From positions 11,671 through 75,670 of the IMG/VR virus record IMGVR_UViG_2871871566_000003: 64,000 nt of DNA; one strand, written 5' to 3'. Below are positions 55,794 through 64,000 of this stretch, one piece after another. The notes below the pieces were generated by a model. The model ran no database searches. It worked only from the letters and a program-made list of their open reading frames with translations, and was not told where the DNA came from. The position numbers were made by a program, and so were the translations under genes. Every line of letters starts with the position of its first letter. Within the stretch, counting starts at the first letter, position 1. The stretch comes from a virus. Lineage: Duplodnaviria > Caudoviricetes.

Positions 55794-56294
55794 ATGAAGA
55801 CAACTAAGGCAGTTAGATTGAGTGACAATTTTGTAGGAGTTGAGATTAACACCATACAAGAAGTAGTAAAGGCGCAGGCAGCCGGACTCAAACTTGTAGA
55901 CAAGGAAGGTTGGGAATATAGTATTTACACCATCGATGATGAAGAGACCGGAGAAGAGCGAGAGCCAACAGAACAGGAAATCTTCGAGCACATCACCGAA
56001 GACCTCTCAAAAGGCAAGGAAGTGTACGCATGTATGGAATTATCGTCTGATTGGGAAGTACAGGAACGAGCAAAGACAAATCTTAAAACCAACTTCTATG
56101 TTGGCCAACAGGTTTTCCTATTGCGTGATAACAAGATAGCTGAGAAGACGATTTCTCGCATCGTTCTTGAGAAGAGAGAAGACAAAGACAAGGAGTGTTG
56201 CAAACTTTTATTAAAACATGATTATGTATACACCTATGGTACAGACGTCTTCTCCACAAAGGAAGAACTTGTAGAAAGTCTGTTGAAGGAGTAA
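55794..56294 (+). CDS. Hypothetical early protein
   Basis: 166-aa ORF. Confidence 0.75.
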   Translation: MKTTKAVRLSDNFVGVEINTIQEVVKAQAAGLKLVDKEGWEYSIYTIDDEETGEEREPTEQEIFEHITEDLSKGKEVYACMELSSDWEVQERAKTNLKTNFYVGQQVFLLRDNKIAEKTISRIVLEKREDKDKECCKLLLKHDYVYTYGTDVFSTKEELVESLLKE

Positions 56295-56333
56295 GTTTAA
56301 CCCGAGGGAGAGAAATCTCCCTCACAAACCATT

Positions 56334-56582
56334 TTGAGTATGATTAATTCTGTTGTTAAAAATCTGTTGGATAAAAAGGATTGGAGCAGAATCATTTTCC
56401 GATTTCCTACATCAAGCTATACTCTGTTCAATAGCGACAGATACGAGATAGATAGTTTCTGTATATATATCCATGACGATACGTCCAGAGAGTACGAGGA
56501 AACGAAAGTCTTAGACATAGCAAGTCTGATTTCCATGGAGATTAAGAAGAAGAGTTTTGAAGATATTGTAGAGGAGATGTAA
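56334..56582 (+). CDS. Hypothetical early protein
   Basis: 82-aa ORF. Confidence 0.6.
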   Translation: MSMINSVVKNLLDKKDWSRIIFRFPTSSYTLFNSDRYEIDSFCIYIHDDTSREYEETKVLDIASLISMEIKKKSFEDIVEEM

Positions 56583-56730
56583 GCGTGGACAAGAGCACTT
56601 GTCTTGAGAAGATAAAATAGAAGTTGTTGTTGTTTTATATATAGGGCGAATGCGGTATTCAAGCCGCTACAGATGGTTGCAACGTACCATCCGTCCACCA
56701 AGTATTAATTTTTAAAGAAAGGATTTGATT

Positions 56731-56904
56731 ATGAAAAGGTATGTAGTAGAAATCGTTGAGAAAATTACCTACAAGGTAACGCTAGACGCTGCATCATCCG
56801 AAGACGCAGAGAATACCGCAAGACGTTTGTACGATTTGGGTTGTTTGGAGAATGGCGAGTTGGAAAGTGTTATATTTGATGTAGAAGAGAAGGAGGGCGA
56901 GTAA
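56731..56904 (+). CDS. DpnD/PcfM-like small protein
   Basis: MKRYVVEIVEKITYKVTLDAASSEDA pattern. Confidence 0.55.
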   Translation: MKRYVVEIVEKITYKVTLDAASSEDAENTARRLYDLGCLENGELESVIFDVEEKEGE

Positions 56905-56905
56905 G

Positions 56906-57175
56906 ATGAAGAAACAGAAAGTATTTGTGTTGATTAAGCACGGAGCAGACAATCAAGATTATTCGGGCGTTAATGTTATCGGAGTTTACTCCACCAAGAC
57001 CGCAGCCAAGGAGCGGATGGCAGAAGAGGAGGATAATATCCTAGACTTCTACAAGGAGGAATATCCCGATAACTATGAAGTGTCCGAAGACAAGGACGAA
57101 TCATCATGGAGCTGCTCATGCAAGGATAGTATTATGTTTGATGAGTTGTTGATAACAGAAAGTGAATTAGATTAA
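56906..57175 (+). CDS. Acidic hypothetical protein
   Basis: 89-aa ORF; VIGVYSTKTAAKE. Confidence 0.7.
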   Translation: MKKQKVFVLIKHGADNQDYSGVNVIGVYSTKTAAKERMAEEEDNILDFYKEEYPDNYEVSEDKDESSWSCSCKDSIMFDELLITESELD

Positions 57176-57176
57176 T

Positions 57177-57542
57177 ATGGCAAGAAACAAATTAGAATTG
57201 ATTGATGAGGGAACGATGGAAGTTGCCCTCTCACGTATCTTCGGCAAGAATTGTGCAAGCAATATTAGCGAGGAAAAACAGAACTATTGTGGTTATGTTG
57301 ATGGTGAAGTAACAGAAGTAGTTTTCTTAGGAACCTGTATCGTAATAGAACGCAAAGAGCAGTTTGCCCATACGTACAAGTGGAGTGATACCATTTGCAA
57401 CGCCCTTATGCAGACTAATGGCGTGAAGTACAGGAAAGAAGGTTGGGTCAGCTTTAACGAGCAGAAAGACGCCTACTTCGATGTAGACACACGCAGCATA
57501 TTCATCAGATTTCAAACAAGACAAAAACAGATAGCAGTATGA
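57177..57542 (+). CDS. Hypothetical protein
   Basis: 121-aa ORF. Confidence 0.7.
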   Translation: MARNKLELIDEGTMEVALSRIFGKNCASNISEEKQNYCGYVDGEVTEVVFLGTCIVIERKEQFAHTYKWSDTICNALMQTNGVKYRKEGWVSFNEQKDAYFDVDTRSIFIRFQTRQKQIAV

Positions 57543-57811
57543 AAAAACAAGAATTTATCTTCGTCTTCCCTCAGTCGGGGGAGATGTTTACAAAGAAAAT
57601 GAATCCTTTGGTGGTGAAGGATGCAGCCGTGAAGTATCTGAAAATGCAGAACGAGGTAAGAGGAGACATCTGTATCATCAAGAACGCGCATGAAGATGTT
57701 GTGGCCATGGCCTACGTGAGCGACACGATGAAGGTTTCCTTCTTCACCGAGGATGAAAGTGTGAACGACATCAAACCGATAGGAGTAATCGAGGAAGGAG
57801 GGGAGAAATGA
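57539..57811 (+). CDS. Hypothetical protein
   Basis: 90 aa; ATGA-coupled. Confidence 0.7.
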   Translation: MKKQEFIFVFPQSGEMFTKKMNPLVVKDAAVKYLKMQNEVRGDICIIKNAHEDVVAMAYVSDTMKVSFFTEDESVNDIKPIGVIEEGGEK

Positions 57812-58044
57812 AAGTAAGACTAGCAAAGAAGATACTTCTAGGTTCAGAAAAGAAGAAACGATATTGGACGAAACGAGTGATTAAAGCTTCTTTTGGTTGG
57901 AAAGAAGACCACAGAGTTGTGAAAGCACTTCAAATTTATCATCGCAAGAGAAGAAGAAAGGAGGTTAAGCTATGAGCAAACAGGAATGGTTCGTGCTCTT
58001 TATCTTCTTATTCACGATACTGATGGCAATATTAGGTTGAGGAT

Positions 58045-58461
58045 ATGGAAAGGGCAAGAATCATAATCTACGATGATTGGGCGATACTCGATGAGACAGA
58101 GATCTTCTTCAAGGATAAATCCTATCTTATCGGCATAGCCAAATCTACCCTTCAGCAGACGCCCGATGCGGTAATTGCTGAAGTTTGGGTAAATGACCGG
58201 CTGAAAATGAAGTTCCGCATCAATAGCAAGGGCAAGGTTCAGCAATGCAAGGTCAGTCAGCATCCAGGGTGGGGTGGCCGTAGAGAGCGAGCCGGAGCAC
58301 CGAGCAAGGGCGCAGCTGCCCTCATCTATAGGGTTGTGACGCATGTAAACGAAGAAACGTTTGAGTTTTGCGAATCCCTAAGACGCAACAAAGGCGAATG
58401 GATCAGACAGGCTATAGCCGAGAAACGAGAACGTGAAGATAAGGGAAAAGCAGAGCACTAG
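58045..58461 (+). CDS. Probable DNA-binding protein (GWGGxR motif plus ribbon-helix-helix-like tail)
   Basis: PGWGGRRERAGAP...KGEWIRQAIAEK. Confidence 0.6.
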   Translation: MERARIIIYDDWAILDETEIFFKDKSYLIGIAKSTLQQTPDAVIAEVWVNDRLKMKFRINSKGKVQQCKVSQHPGWGGRRERAGAPSKGAAALIYRVVTHVNEETFEFCESLRRNKGEWIRQAIAEKREREDKGKAEH

Positions 58462-58766
58462 GCTCTGCTTTTTCGTTTGATAAGTCTGTCTAATCTTCTT
58501 TGGAATTTATCTTTGACAACTTCCATTTCTGCCCTCATTTGGACTTCGAGGGATGAAAGGCGATTATTCGTACCATACTCACCATCGTAAAATGGTTCGT
58601 CTATATATGGAACTTTTACTTCTATGTATAGGATTGGTGATAATTCCCACCACAAGAATTTTCTCGTTTCCACGTACAACAATCCTGTGATATTGGCAGT
58701 ATAGTATCTGCTATAACACCAAAGACGTTCCACCTTATACACTTTCTTACAGAGTAGTCTTCTCAT
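58458..58766 (-). CDS. Hypothetical protein
   Basis: Likely start MRRLLCKK at 58766. Confidence 0.6.
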   Translation of the reverse strand: MRRLLCKKVYKVERLWCYSRYYTANITGLLYVETRKFLWWELSPILYIEVKVPYIDEPFYDGEYGTNNRLSSLEVQMRAEMEVVKDKFQRRLDRLIKRKSRA

Positions 58767-58992
58767 GCTTACCTCGCTTTCTTCTTGACTTTGTCCGGAT
58801 AGGAAAGTAATTTTGTATTCGCCCATCCATATTAACAAAGCAGTAGTATATCCATTTAGTGCTATAACCACCAAGAAAAGACTTCAACGAATACCTGATT
58901 ATCTTAGCCTTGCGCCTAAACCTGTAACCTTGACTTTCCCAATACGGACGAGCCTTCTTCATTTGCTTTTTAGCTTTTCTAATACTAGTCAT
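58747..58992 (-). CDS. Basic hypothetical protein
   Basis: 81-aa ORF. Confidence 0.6.
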   Translation of the reverse strand: MTSIRKAKKQMKKARPYWESQGYRFRRKAKIIRYSLKSFLGGYSTKWIYYCFVNMDGRIQNYFPIRTKSRRKRGKHEKTTL

Positions 58993-59677
58993 ACGCTACT
59001 TCTTTTTTGTTCTGTAAATATTTCAAGCACTCCTTGGCGATAGTGCTTACCGCCTTGGAATATTCATCATCGTATAACGATTCGTTACCATCATACCTAG
59101 AAAGGTATTTCTTTCGTTTCGTGTCTGCATCAGACATTATTTTAAGCTTTGCGACAATCACTTCATTACTGGTTACCTTATCAAGAAACCACAACAGATT
59201 AGTTAACGCTAACTTGTTTGGTTCATAATCGTCAACATCGGATAATTCTGACAGCCTTCCTTGAATGTATTTCGTAAGTCTATCTTTGTAATTTATACAT
59301 TCCTCAAAATAGAATACGATAGGCTTATCGAAAGAAGGAGTAAGCAGACCATAAGCGATACTCATACTTACTTGGAACTTTGCAGCACCTCTAAGCAAAC
59401 CTTCAGCCTGTTCTCTTATAGATTCACGGAATTGTTCGATATTCATATCCCGCTTTCTAAAGTTACAGGCTCGGCAAGAAGGCATGTAATTCTCCATACT
59501 ATCCTCACCATGAGAAACGATATACTTACCTTCCTTATCACTCCAACGAGGGTAACCGCCACGATTCTTAGGAACGAAATGGTCTACTTGCATATCTTCG
59601 AACTTTATTTCTTTTCCGCAGTATGCGCAATGATGGCCGTACTTCTCCCAAACCTTGATTCTATCTTCCTTTTTCAT
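58985..59677 (-). CDS. HNH endonuclease with C-terminal extension
   Basis: HCAYCG...VDHFVP...NYMPSCRACNFRK. Confidence 0.85.
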   Translation of the reverse strand: MKKEDRIKVWEKYGHHCAYCGKEIKFEDMQVDHFVPKNRGGYPRWSDKEGKYIVSHGEDSMENYMPSCRACNFRKRDMNIEQFRESIREQAEGLLRGAAKFQVSMSIAYGLLTPSFDKPIVFYFEECINYKDRLTKYIQGRLSELSDVDDYEPNKLALTNLLWFLDKVTSNEVIVAKLKIMSDADTKRKKYLSRYDGNESLYDDEYSKAVSTIAKECLKYLQNKKEVAYD

Positions 59678-59679
59678 AA

Positions 59680-59913
59680 CTATTGTTCTATTACTTTCAA
59701 ATACTTCAACTTTGCGAATCGGTATGATTTATATGTTTTACCAAGCGTTTTATACACCTTAGATGTGAAGTACAGAATGCAGCCTGTATAATCATCAAAA
59801 CCTAAGATGATATACTTTTCTTCTACATACCCTGCCACGTATGCCACAATATCCTTACCTTTATAAAGAACTCGCTCACCTAGATGAGCATAGAAAAATT
59901 CCTCATTTGTCAT
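59680..59913 (-). CDS. Hypothetical protein
   Basis: 77-aa ORF. Confidence 0.7.
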   Translation of the reverse strand: MTNEEFFYAHLGERVLYKGKDIVAYVAGYVEEKYIILGFDDYTGCILYFTSKVYKTLGKTYKSYRFAKLKYLKVIEQ

Positions 59914-59916
59914 ACG

Positions 59917-60324
59917 CTACTTGAATCTAATGATAAAAAACTCAGTATCAAGCCATTTGTCGGGGCATAAGCCTTTCTGAGGCTTTCCGATGGTGATACT
60001 CTCAATCTCCTTTTCGATACGTGGACTATCCTTGCGGTAGCCGTTGCTGAATAGAACGTGGGTGAATGGCTTGTATTCCGGCTCACCTATCACACAACAA
60101 TAACCGCCGTACTCATCAAAAAGCACTTCGCCGCCTTCGGCTTGCTGGTTTACAAGTCGGGATGCCCAATACGGCTTAATCTCCCGATATTCTTCGGTCT
60201 TTTCGCCCGATACTATCATATCGAACCATTCCTTGCTGACAACGAGGGTCAGAACTGACTTCTTATCCCAATCAGCGACAGCTTCCTTCAAGTACTTATC
60301 CATTACCTTTGTCAACCTTTCCAT
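59917..60324 (-). CDS. ASCH/PUA-like domain protein
   Basis: LTLVVSKEWFDMIVSGEKTEEYREIKPYW. Confidence 0.8.
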   Translation of the reverse strand: MERLTKVMDKYLKEAVADWDKKSVLTLVVSKEWFDMIVSGEKTEEYREIKPYWASRLVNQQAEGGEVLFDEYGGYCCVIGEPEYKPFTHVLFSNGYRKDSPRIEKEIESITIGKPQKGLCPDKWLDTEFFIIRFK

Positions 60325-60586
60325 TCTTCTCTTTCATCTTAGCGATGCGTTCATTATAAGCATCATAGTCCTGTTTACTAATTTCAATAACACTCTGAAT
60401 GACTACTGTTCCGCTAACAATATCATCCTTGAACTTCTCTTCCACGTCCGTGAGGATGTTCATGAGAGGATAGAACTTAGTATCCTTTTCTTCCCCTCTA
60501 ACGCTACACGTAACCGAACTAACGCTAATCTTGTCATCCTTGCGCATGAAGGATGCTACTGCATAATAATATCTTTCAACTTCCAT
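60296..60586 (-). CDS. Hypothetical protein
   Basis: 96-aa ORF. Confidence 0.7.
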   Translation of the reverse strand: MEVERYYYAVASFMRKDDKISVSSVTCSVRGEEKDTKFYPLMNILTDVEEKFKDDIVSGTVVIQSVIEISKQDYDAYNERIAKMKEKNGKVDKGNG

Positions 60587-60598
60587 AAGCTATAAATT

Positions 60599-60811
60599 TT
60601 AACGTCGAACTCTTTTTCTGAACTCAGCAAGCGTAGTTGGATATTTCGCTTTTGCCTTGTGATAATGCCTGTAGCGGTGTATCTTCCAAAAAGAATTTAC
60701 GAAGTCCTTACATTTCTTGAAGGTGCAAACACAAGTGCAATCCTTACATCTACCTGTCGAATGCGTCCAGCAGTATGCATAAATAAGACGTTCTTTTATA
60801 AAACTTCCCAT
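60599..60811 (-). CDS. Cys-rich small protein
   Basis: CKDC...C motif. Confidence 0.6.
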   Translation of the reverse strand: MGSFIKERLIYAYCWTHSTGRCKDCTCVCTFKKCKDFVNSFWKIHRYRHYHKAKAKYPTTLAEFRKRVRR

Positions 60812-60815
60812 AAGC

Positions 60816-61067
60816 CTACAACTTTTCTAATTGTTCCTGTAAGTCATTAATTCTCCCCTCGATGTTGGCGATAACCATCGCTTTCAGTCCTTCGATAATA
60901 TTATCACCGAGAAGGTATTCTATGTTAAGAATACGTCCGTGGTCGCACCTTTCTTCAAGATTAACTCTTAAATCCACAGACGGGTGATTTGCGAACTTCA
61001 AGAGTTCTCTTTCACTATCAAGTAGTGCCTTCAGCTGAATAGCTTTCGTTAAATCTTCTTCTTTCAT
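60816..61067 (-). CDS. Hypothetical protein
   Basis: 83-aa ORF. Confidence 0.7.
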   Translation of the reverse strand: MKEEDLTKAIQLKALLDSERELLKFANHPSVDLRVNLEERCDHGRILNIEYLLGDNIIEGLKAMVIANIEGRINDLQEQLEKL

Positions 61068-61079
61068 ACGCTATAAATT

Positions 61080-61403
61080 TTAGTTCGACGACTTCTTTTT
61101 ACGTTTCTCAAATGCTGCCTGTTTCTTCTGCATTATCTTGATGATGGTGTTTTGTACCTTCTCAAGAACAAACTTAGGAGTTTCACTATCACGGATGAAG
61201 ATAGGATGCACACCTATGTGGTGGGTTTTATAGAACAACTCATCATCTTCACCTTGAAGTTTGATGTAGATTCTGAATGAAGGCAGAAATAAGTCACTAT
61301 GACCTTTCTTTCCGGCATTCTTAGGAGTAACGTACTTGATATTGTTTCCATCAAGAAACTCCTTTACTCTGTTTAATTTTGTTTCATTCTTCATAACTTT
61401 CAA
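61080..61403 (-). CDS. Hypothetical protein, possible PD-(D/E)xK-like fold
   Basis: HSDLFLPSFRIYIKL. Confidence 0.6.
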   Translation of the reverse strand: MKVMKNETKLNRVKEFLDGNNIKYVTPKNAGKKGHSDLFLPSFRIYIKLQGEDDELFYKTHHIGVHPIFIRDSETPKFVLEKVQNTIIKIMQKKQAAFEKRKKKSSN

Positions 61404-61457
61404 TTATTATAATTTTCTTTCTTTCAATGTAGGTTCCACAAATGAACACAGAAGAGT

Positions 61458-62270
61458 TTAACAGAAGAATCCATCAGGAATTCCTCCAAAACTCATGTCC
61501 TTCTGTATCACCTTTTCATTTTGCTTGCCGTAGATAAGATGTCTGAATCCATCAGAAACCATTCTGTCGGTAATTGAGTAAGAACATGCAAGGACTATGA
61601 AACCGAGCGTGCCAACAATAAAGTCGGCTTTCTTCTTGCCAGTCCTCTTTAATGTCCTTTTCGTCTCTTCTTCGTTTCTAACATCAAAGGAGTGCTTTTC
61701 TGCAAGAGTGGAACTTATTTTCCCTTCTCCTATCAGTTTCTTCTTCAACTTAGAAACAGCACCACTACTCATATTGATCGCCTTTTTAAACTGCCCTATC
61801 GTGATAGCCTTACCTTTGGCACCGACTTTTCCATCATCAGATGCTTTCATGCAACAGTCCTTGTGCTCGGCAGCACAAATCGGATAGACAAAAAGTTTCT
61901 CGTTAATGAGATTGTAGAGTTCCTTCATCGTGTACTCCTTCACTTCGAACTTGCAGACCATTGCTCCATGATACTCTTTGTTCTTCCGAGTCCACTTTGT
62001 TGTATGGTCACGGAAAGAGGAGACAACAACCTTATTGCCATCTATGGTAAACAGGTCGCTATCTTTCATGTCTCGAATAAGTCTTTCAGCTTTTACCTTT
62101 CCAATACGTAATCCTTTGCGCAATTTGTATTCTGTTACGTTCCAAATCACGGAATTGCTATGCTGCATTTTGAACCATATCGCCAGCGCAAGAAGTTCCT
62201 TCATCCTCTTGCTCGAAGAGTATGTCTTAAGGAGTTCTATGGTGGCGTTTATATACTGCATAGCAAACAA
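61458..62270 (-). CDS. Probable phage replication initiator / wHTH protein
   Basis: Two HTH-like regions; first gene behind a leftward promoter (TACTTTTG at about 62405-62412). Confidence 0.5.
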   Translation of the reverse strand: MFAMQYINATIELLKTYSSSKRMKELLALAIWFKMQHSNSVIWNVTEYKLRKGLRIGKVKAERLIRDMKDSDLFTIDGNKVVVSSFRDHTTKWTRKNKEYHGAMVCKFEVKEYTMKELYNLINEKLFVYPICAAEHKDCCMKASDDGKVGAKGKAITIGQFKKAINMSSGAVSKLKKKLIGEGKISSTLAEKHSFDVRNEEETKRTLKRTGKKKADFIVGTLGFIVLACSYSITDRMVSDGFRHLIYGKQNEKVIQKDMSFGGIPDGFFC

Positions 62271-62562
62271 AAATTGGGGAAAGAAAAAACCGACCCTCTT
62301 CTAACGGCTTAATCAATCCCCTATATTGTAATACCTATTGAAAGTATTGAAGTTTCACAAATGTTGTATCAACAAGATAGAGGGCGAAAATCTGTATTGA
62401 CGAGTGCAAAAGTAAGAAAAGTATTTGAAACCGCCAAATTTCAACTTTTGCAAAATATAGTTAAAAAGTAATTAAAAATTTGTGTTATAAAAATGTTATC
62501 ACTATCTTTGCACCTGAAAGATAAGTGGCTGATATAGACAGATTTGTGAGAAATTGGTTGTG

Positions 62563-62578
62563 ACCCCAACGGAATCAC
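62563..62578 (+). repeat. Candidate att core (3' end of a tRNA, probably tRNA-Arg)
   Basis: ACCCCAACGGAATCAC matches my recollection of the Bacteroidetes tRNA-Arg(UCU) 3' end; lies at the phage/host transition; not checked by search. Confidence 0.5.
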
Positions 62579-62837
62579 TATAATAAGCAAAATGAAACTT
62601 ATTTGTACAAAATAGCGTGAGAGAACAATAGTAGTAAGTTGCTTATTCATAGGTACTTATCTCTGTTGTTCTTTTTGTTTTTAAATATATTTTATCACTT
62701 ATTCCTCTTTTATGTACTCTTTTTGTAAATAGCTGTTAATCAATATGTTATGAATTTGACGTATTGAGAAATCATCCATGTGTATTACAAATGTGTTATC
62801 AAAAAGCGCTAATGTGTTATCAGAATAGAGAAGTTAA

Positions 62838-62875
62838 AATCCTTAATGACCTTAATGACCGTGACCTTAATGACC
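62838..62875. repeat. Short imperfect repeat CCTTAATGAC x3
   Basis: Seen directly in the sequence, downstream of the RNase H-like stop. Confidence 0.7.
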
Positions 62876-62894
62876 GGAAAACGCCCCTAAACAT

Positions 62895-63335
62895 TTATTT
62901 GTTTTTCTGATGAAACTCTTTTCTTGTCTTAGCCATTGCTGCCGTAGCCATGTCATGGGTTTCTATCAGCAAAGGGCTTTTGTGATATTGCACAATCTTG
63001 ACTCCTACTGAGTTGTGTCTTTTCTTTTCCTCGATGCATTGAATGATCAAGTCTGGATTTGCCGATTTAGCCGTTGGAGTCTTGTCAAAGTTCTGAATAT
63101 AGGCGGCATTGGTCAGGAAGAGAATGTCGGAACCTTCCGGTATTTCCTGCATTACCTTCACCATGAGGGTAAGCATCATGCGGAACTCAGTGGTGTGTAG
63201 GTCGCTGATTACATCACGGCTGATGATGTTGCTGTTATGCTCAATTACTACGGCAGCACCACCAGCTCGCTCTTTATGGCCATAATCACATGAGCCACCT
63301 ATCCAAACGTAATATGTAGATGTATTTTGTGTCAT
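62895..63335 (-). CDS. RNase H-fold protein (host), catalytic residues degenerate
   Basis: YYVWIGGS...TEFRMM...FLTNAAY...THDMA alignment to the RNase HI pattern. Confidence 0.7.
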   Translation of the reverse strand: MTQNTSTYYVWIGGSCDYGHKERAGGAAVVIEHNSNIISRDVISDLHTTEFRMMLTLMVKVMQEIPEGSDILFLTNAAYIQNFDKTPTAKSANPDLIIQCIEEKKRHNSVGVKIVQYHKSPLLIETHDMATAAMAKTRKEFHQKNK

Positions 63336-63337
63336 AA

Positions 63338-63988
63338 TTATTTTATCTTCAATGTCCGCAGATATTTCTTCTGCTCGGGCGTGATTCTGTAGCTCTCGAT
63401 GGCCTTCTGGATGGTCTTGTTGTGCGTCCAGGGAGCAAGGCGATTTTGCTCGATGTAGGGAATCGCCTGGTCCCATTGCTTGGCAAGGGCGGTAGCGAAG
63501 AACCAGGCTACCATCATCTTTACGTAATACTCTTCGCTCCTTACTGATGCAGGAATTTCAAGATATTCTGCCTTGAAGTCTTTATCCAGGTAATGAGACA
63601 TAAGTATCTCTATACCAAAGCGACAAGTATAGATGTGTAATGATTTACTCCAAGCCGTAATCTTCGCCAACAGTTCCTTCTTGTGTTTGGCAAACACCTT
63701 CGGAGACATGATGTCGCACACTGCCCAGTTGTCCACGAAAGGCAGGAAACTGTCTGTAAGACGAATGCATTCCTCGTAGTCCTTCACCTCTGAAATGAGG
63801 AGACCGTGAAGCATGTTCTCGTCGTAGTATTCGTGAGGAAGCTGATGAAGGAAATCTTTGCATTCTGACTCATTTGTAAATTCTTTTGCGAACTTCCGGA
63901 GCATAGGAATACGAATGCCTATGAAACTTTCCAAAGGCACTCCCGGTGTCAGTTTGGCTTGGAAAGCAGCATACTGCTTATCCTGCAT
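63338..63988 (-). CDS. DNA alkylation repair protein (AlkD-like HEAT-repeat glycosylase), probably 5'-partial
   Basis: FIGIRIPMLRK, VDNWAVCD, EEYYVKMMVAWFFA, WTHNKTIQKA motifs. Confidence 0.85.
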   Translation of the reverse strand: MQDKQYAAFQAKLTPGVPLESFIGIRIPMLRKFAKEFTNESECKDFLHQLPHEYYDENMLHGLLISEVKDYEECIRLTDSFLPFVDNWAVCDIMSPKVFAKHKKELLAKITAWSKSLHIYTCRFGIEILMSHYLDKDFKAEYLEIPASVRSEEYYVKMMVAWFFATALAKQWDQAIPYIEQNRLAPWTHNKTIQKAIESYRITPEQKKYLRTLKIK

Positions 63989-64000
63989 GGCGAACAGTCT

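Larger units (their letters stand above)
1..62578. mobile_element. Temperate Bacteroidales prophage, podovirus-like; left end lies outside the window
   Basis: Terminase, portal, capsid, lysis, repressor and replication genes; Bacteroidetes TAnnTTTG promoters; att-like core at right end followed by host-type genes. Confidence 0.93.

Noticed and set aside
1-64000. Stop-codon reassignment as in some crAss-like phages
   Set aside because: All large genes, including the 17.4-kb ORF, are open in code 11, and TAG is used as a normal stop.
1-64000. CRISPR array, complete tRNA or rRNA genes, integrase
   Set aside because: No regularly spaced repeats and no full cloverleaf were found; no tyrosine or serine recombinase motifs were seen, so the integrase probably lies left of the window.

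Overview
Almost the whole window (about 1-62578) is a temperate Bacteroidales (Prevotella/Segatella-like) prophage with podovirus-type (P22-like portal) morphogenesis genes. Left to right it holds: + strand accessory genes and an orphan methyltransferase; a lysis cassette; a rhomboid protease; tail, terminase and portal genes; scaffold and major capsid; a tail-fibre/CotH-kinase plus LRR cassette; moron genes; an uncharacterised Cys/Gly/Gln-rich six-gene module; a 5801-aa DarB-like polyvalent protein; ejection proteins; an XRE repressor switch; early genes; and a replication gene. A 16-bp tRNA-3'-like core at 62563-62578 is the probable attR, followed by host-like genes (degenerate RNase H, AlkD). 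No integrase is in the window. Most notable observations: (1) four ORFs nested in the same +1 frame inside the linkers of the giant gene, each with a phage-type start context, one a 168-aa acidic DNA-mimic-like protein; (2) a 16-bp motif exactly 18 bp upstream of the -7 box at four late-operon promoters; (3) a ~340-nt hairpin-rich non-coding RNA candidate directly behind the rightward promoter of the repressor switch; (4) a phage rhomboid plus a capsid protein with a signal-like N-terminus; (5) a duplicated three-way-junction element and two tRNA-like mini structures. All assignments come from reading motifs by eye; no searches were run.
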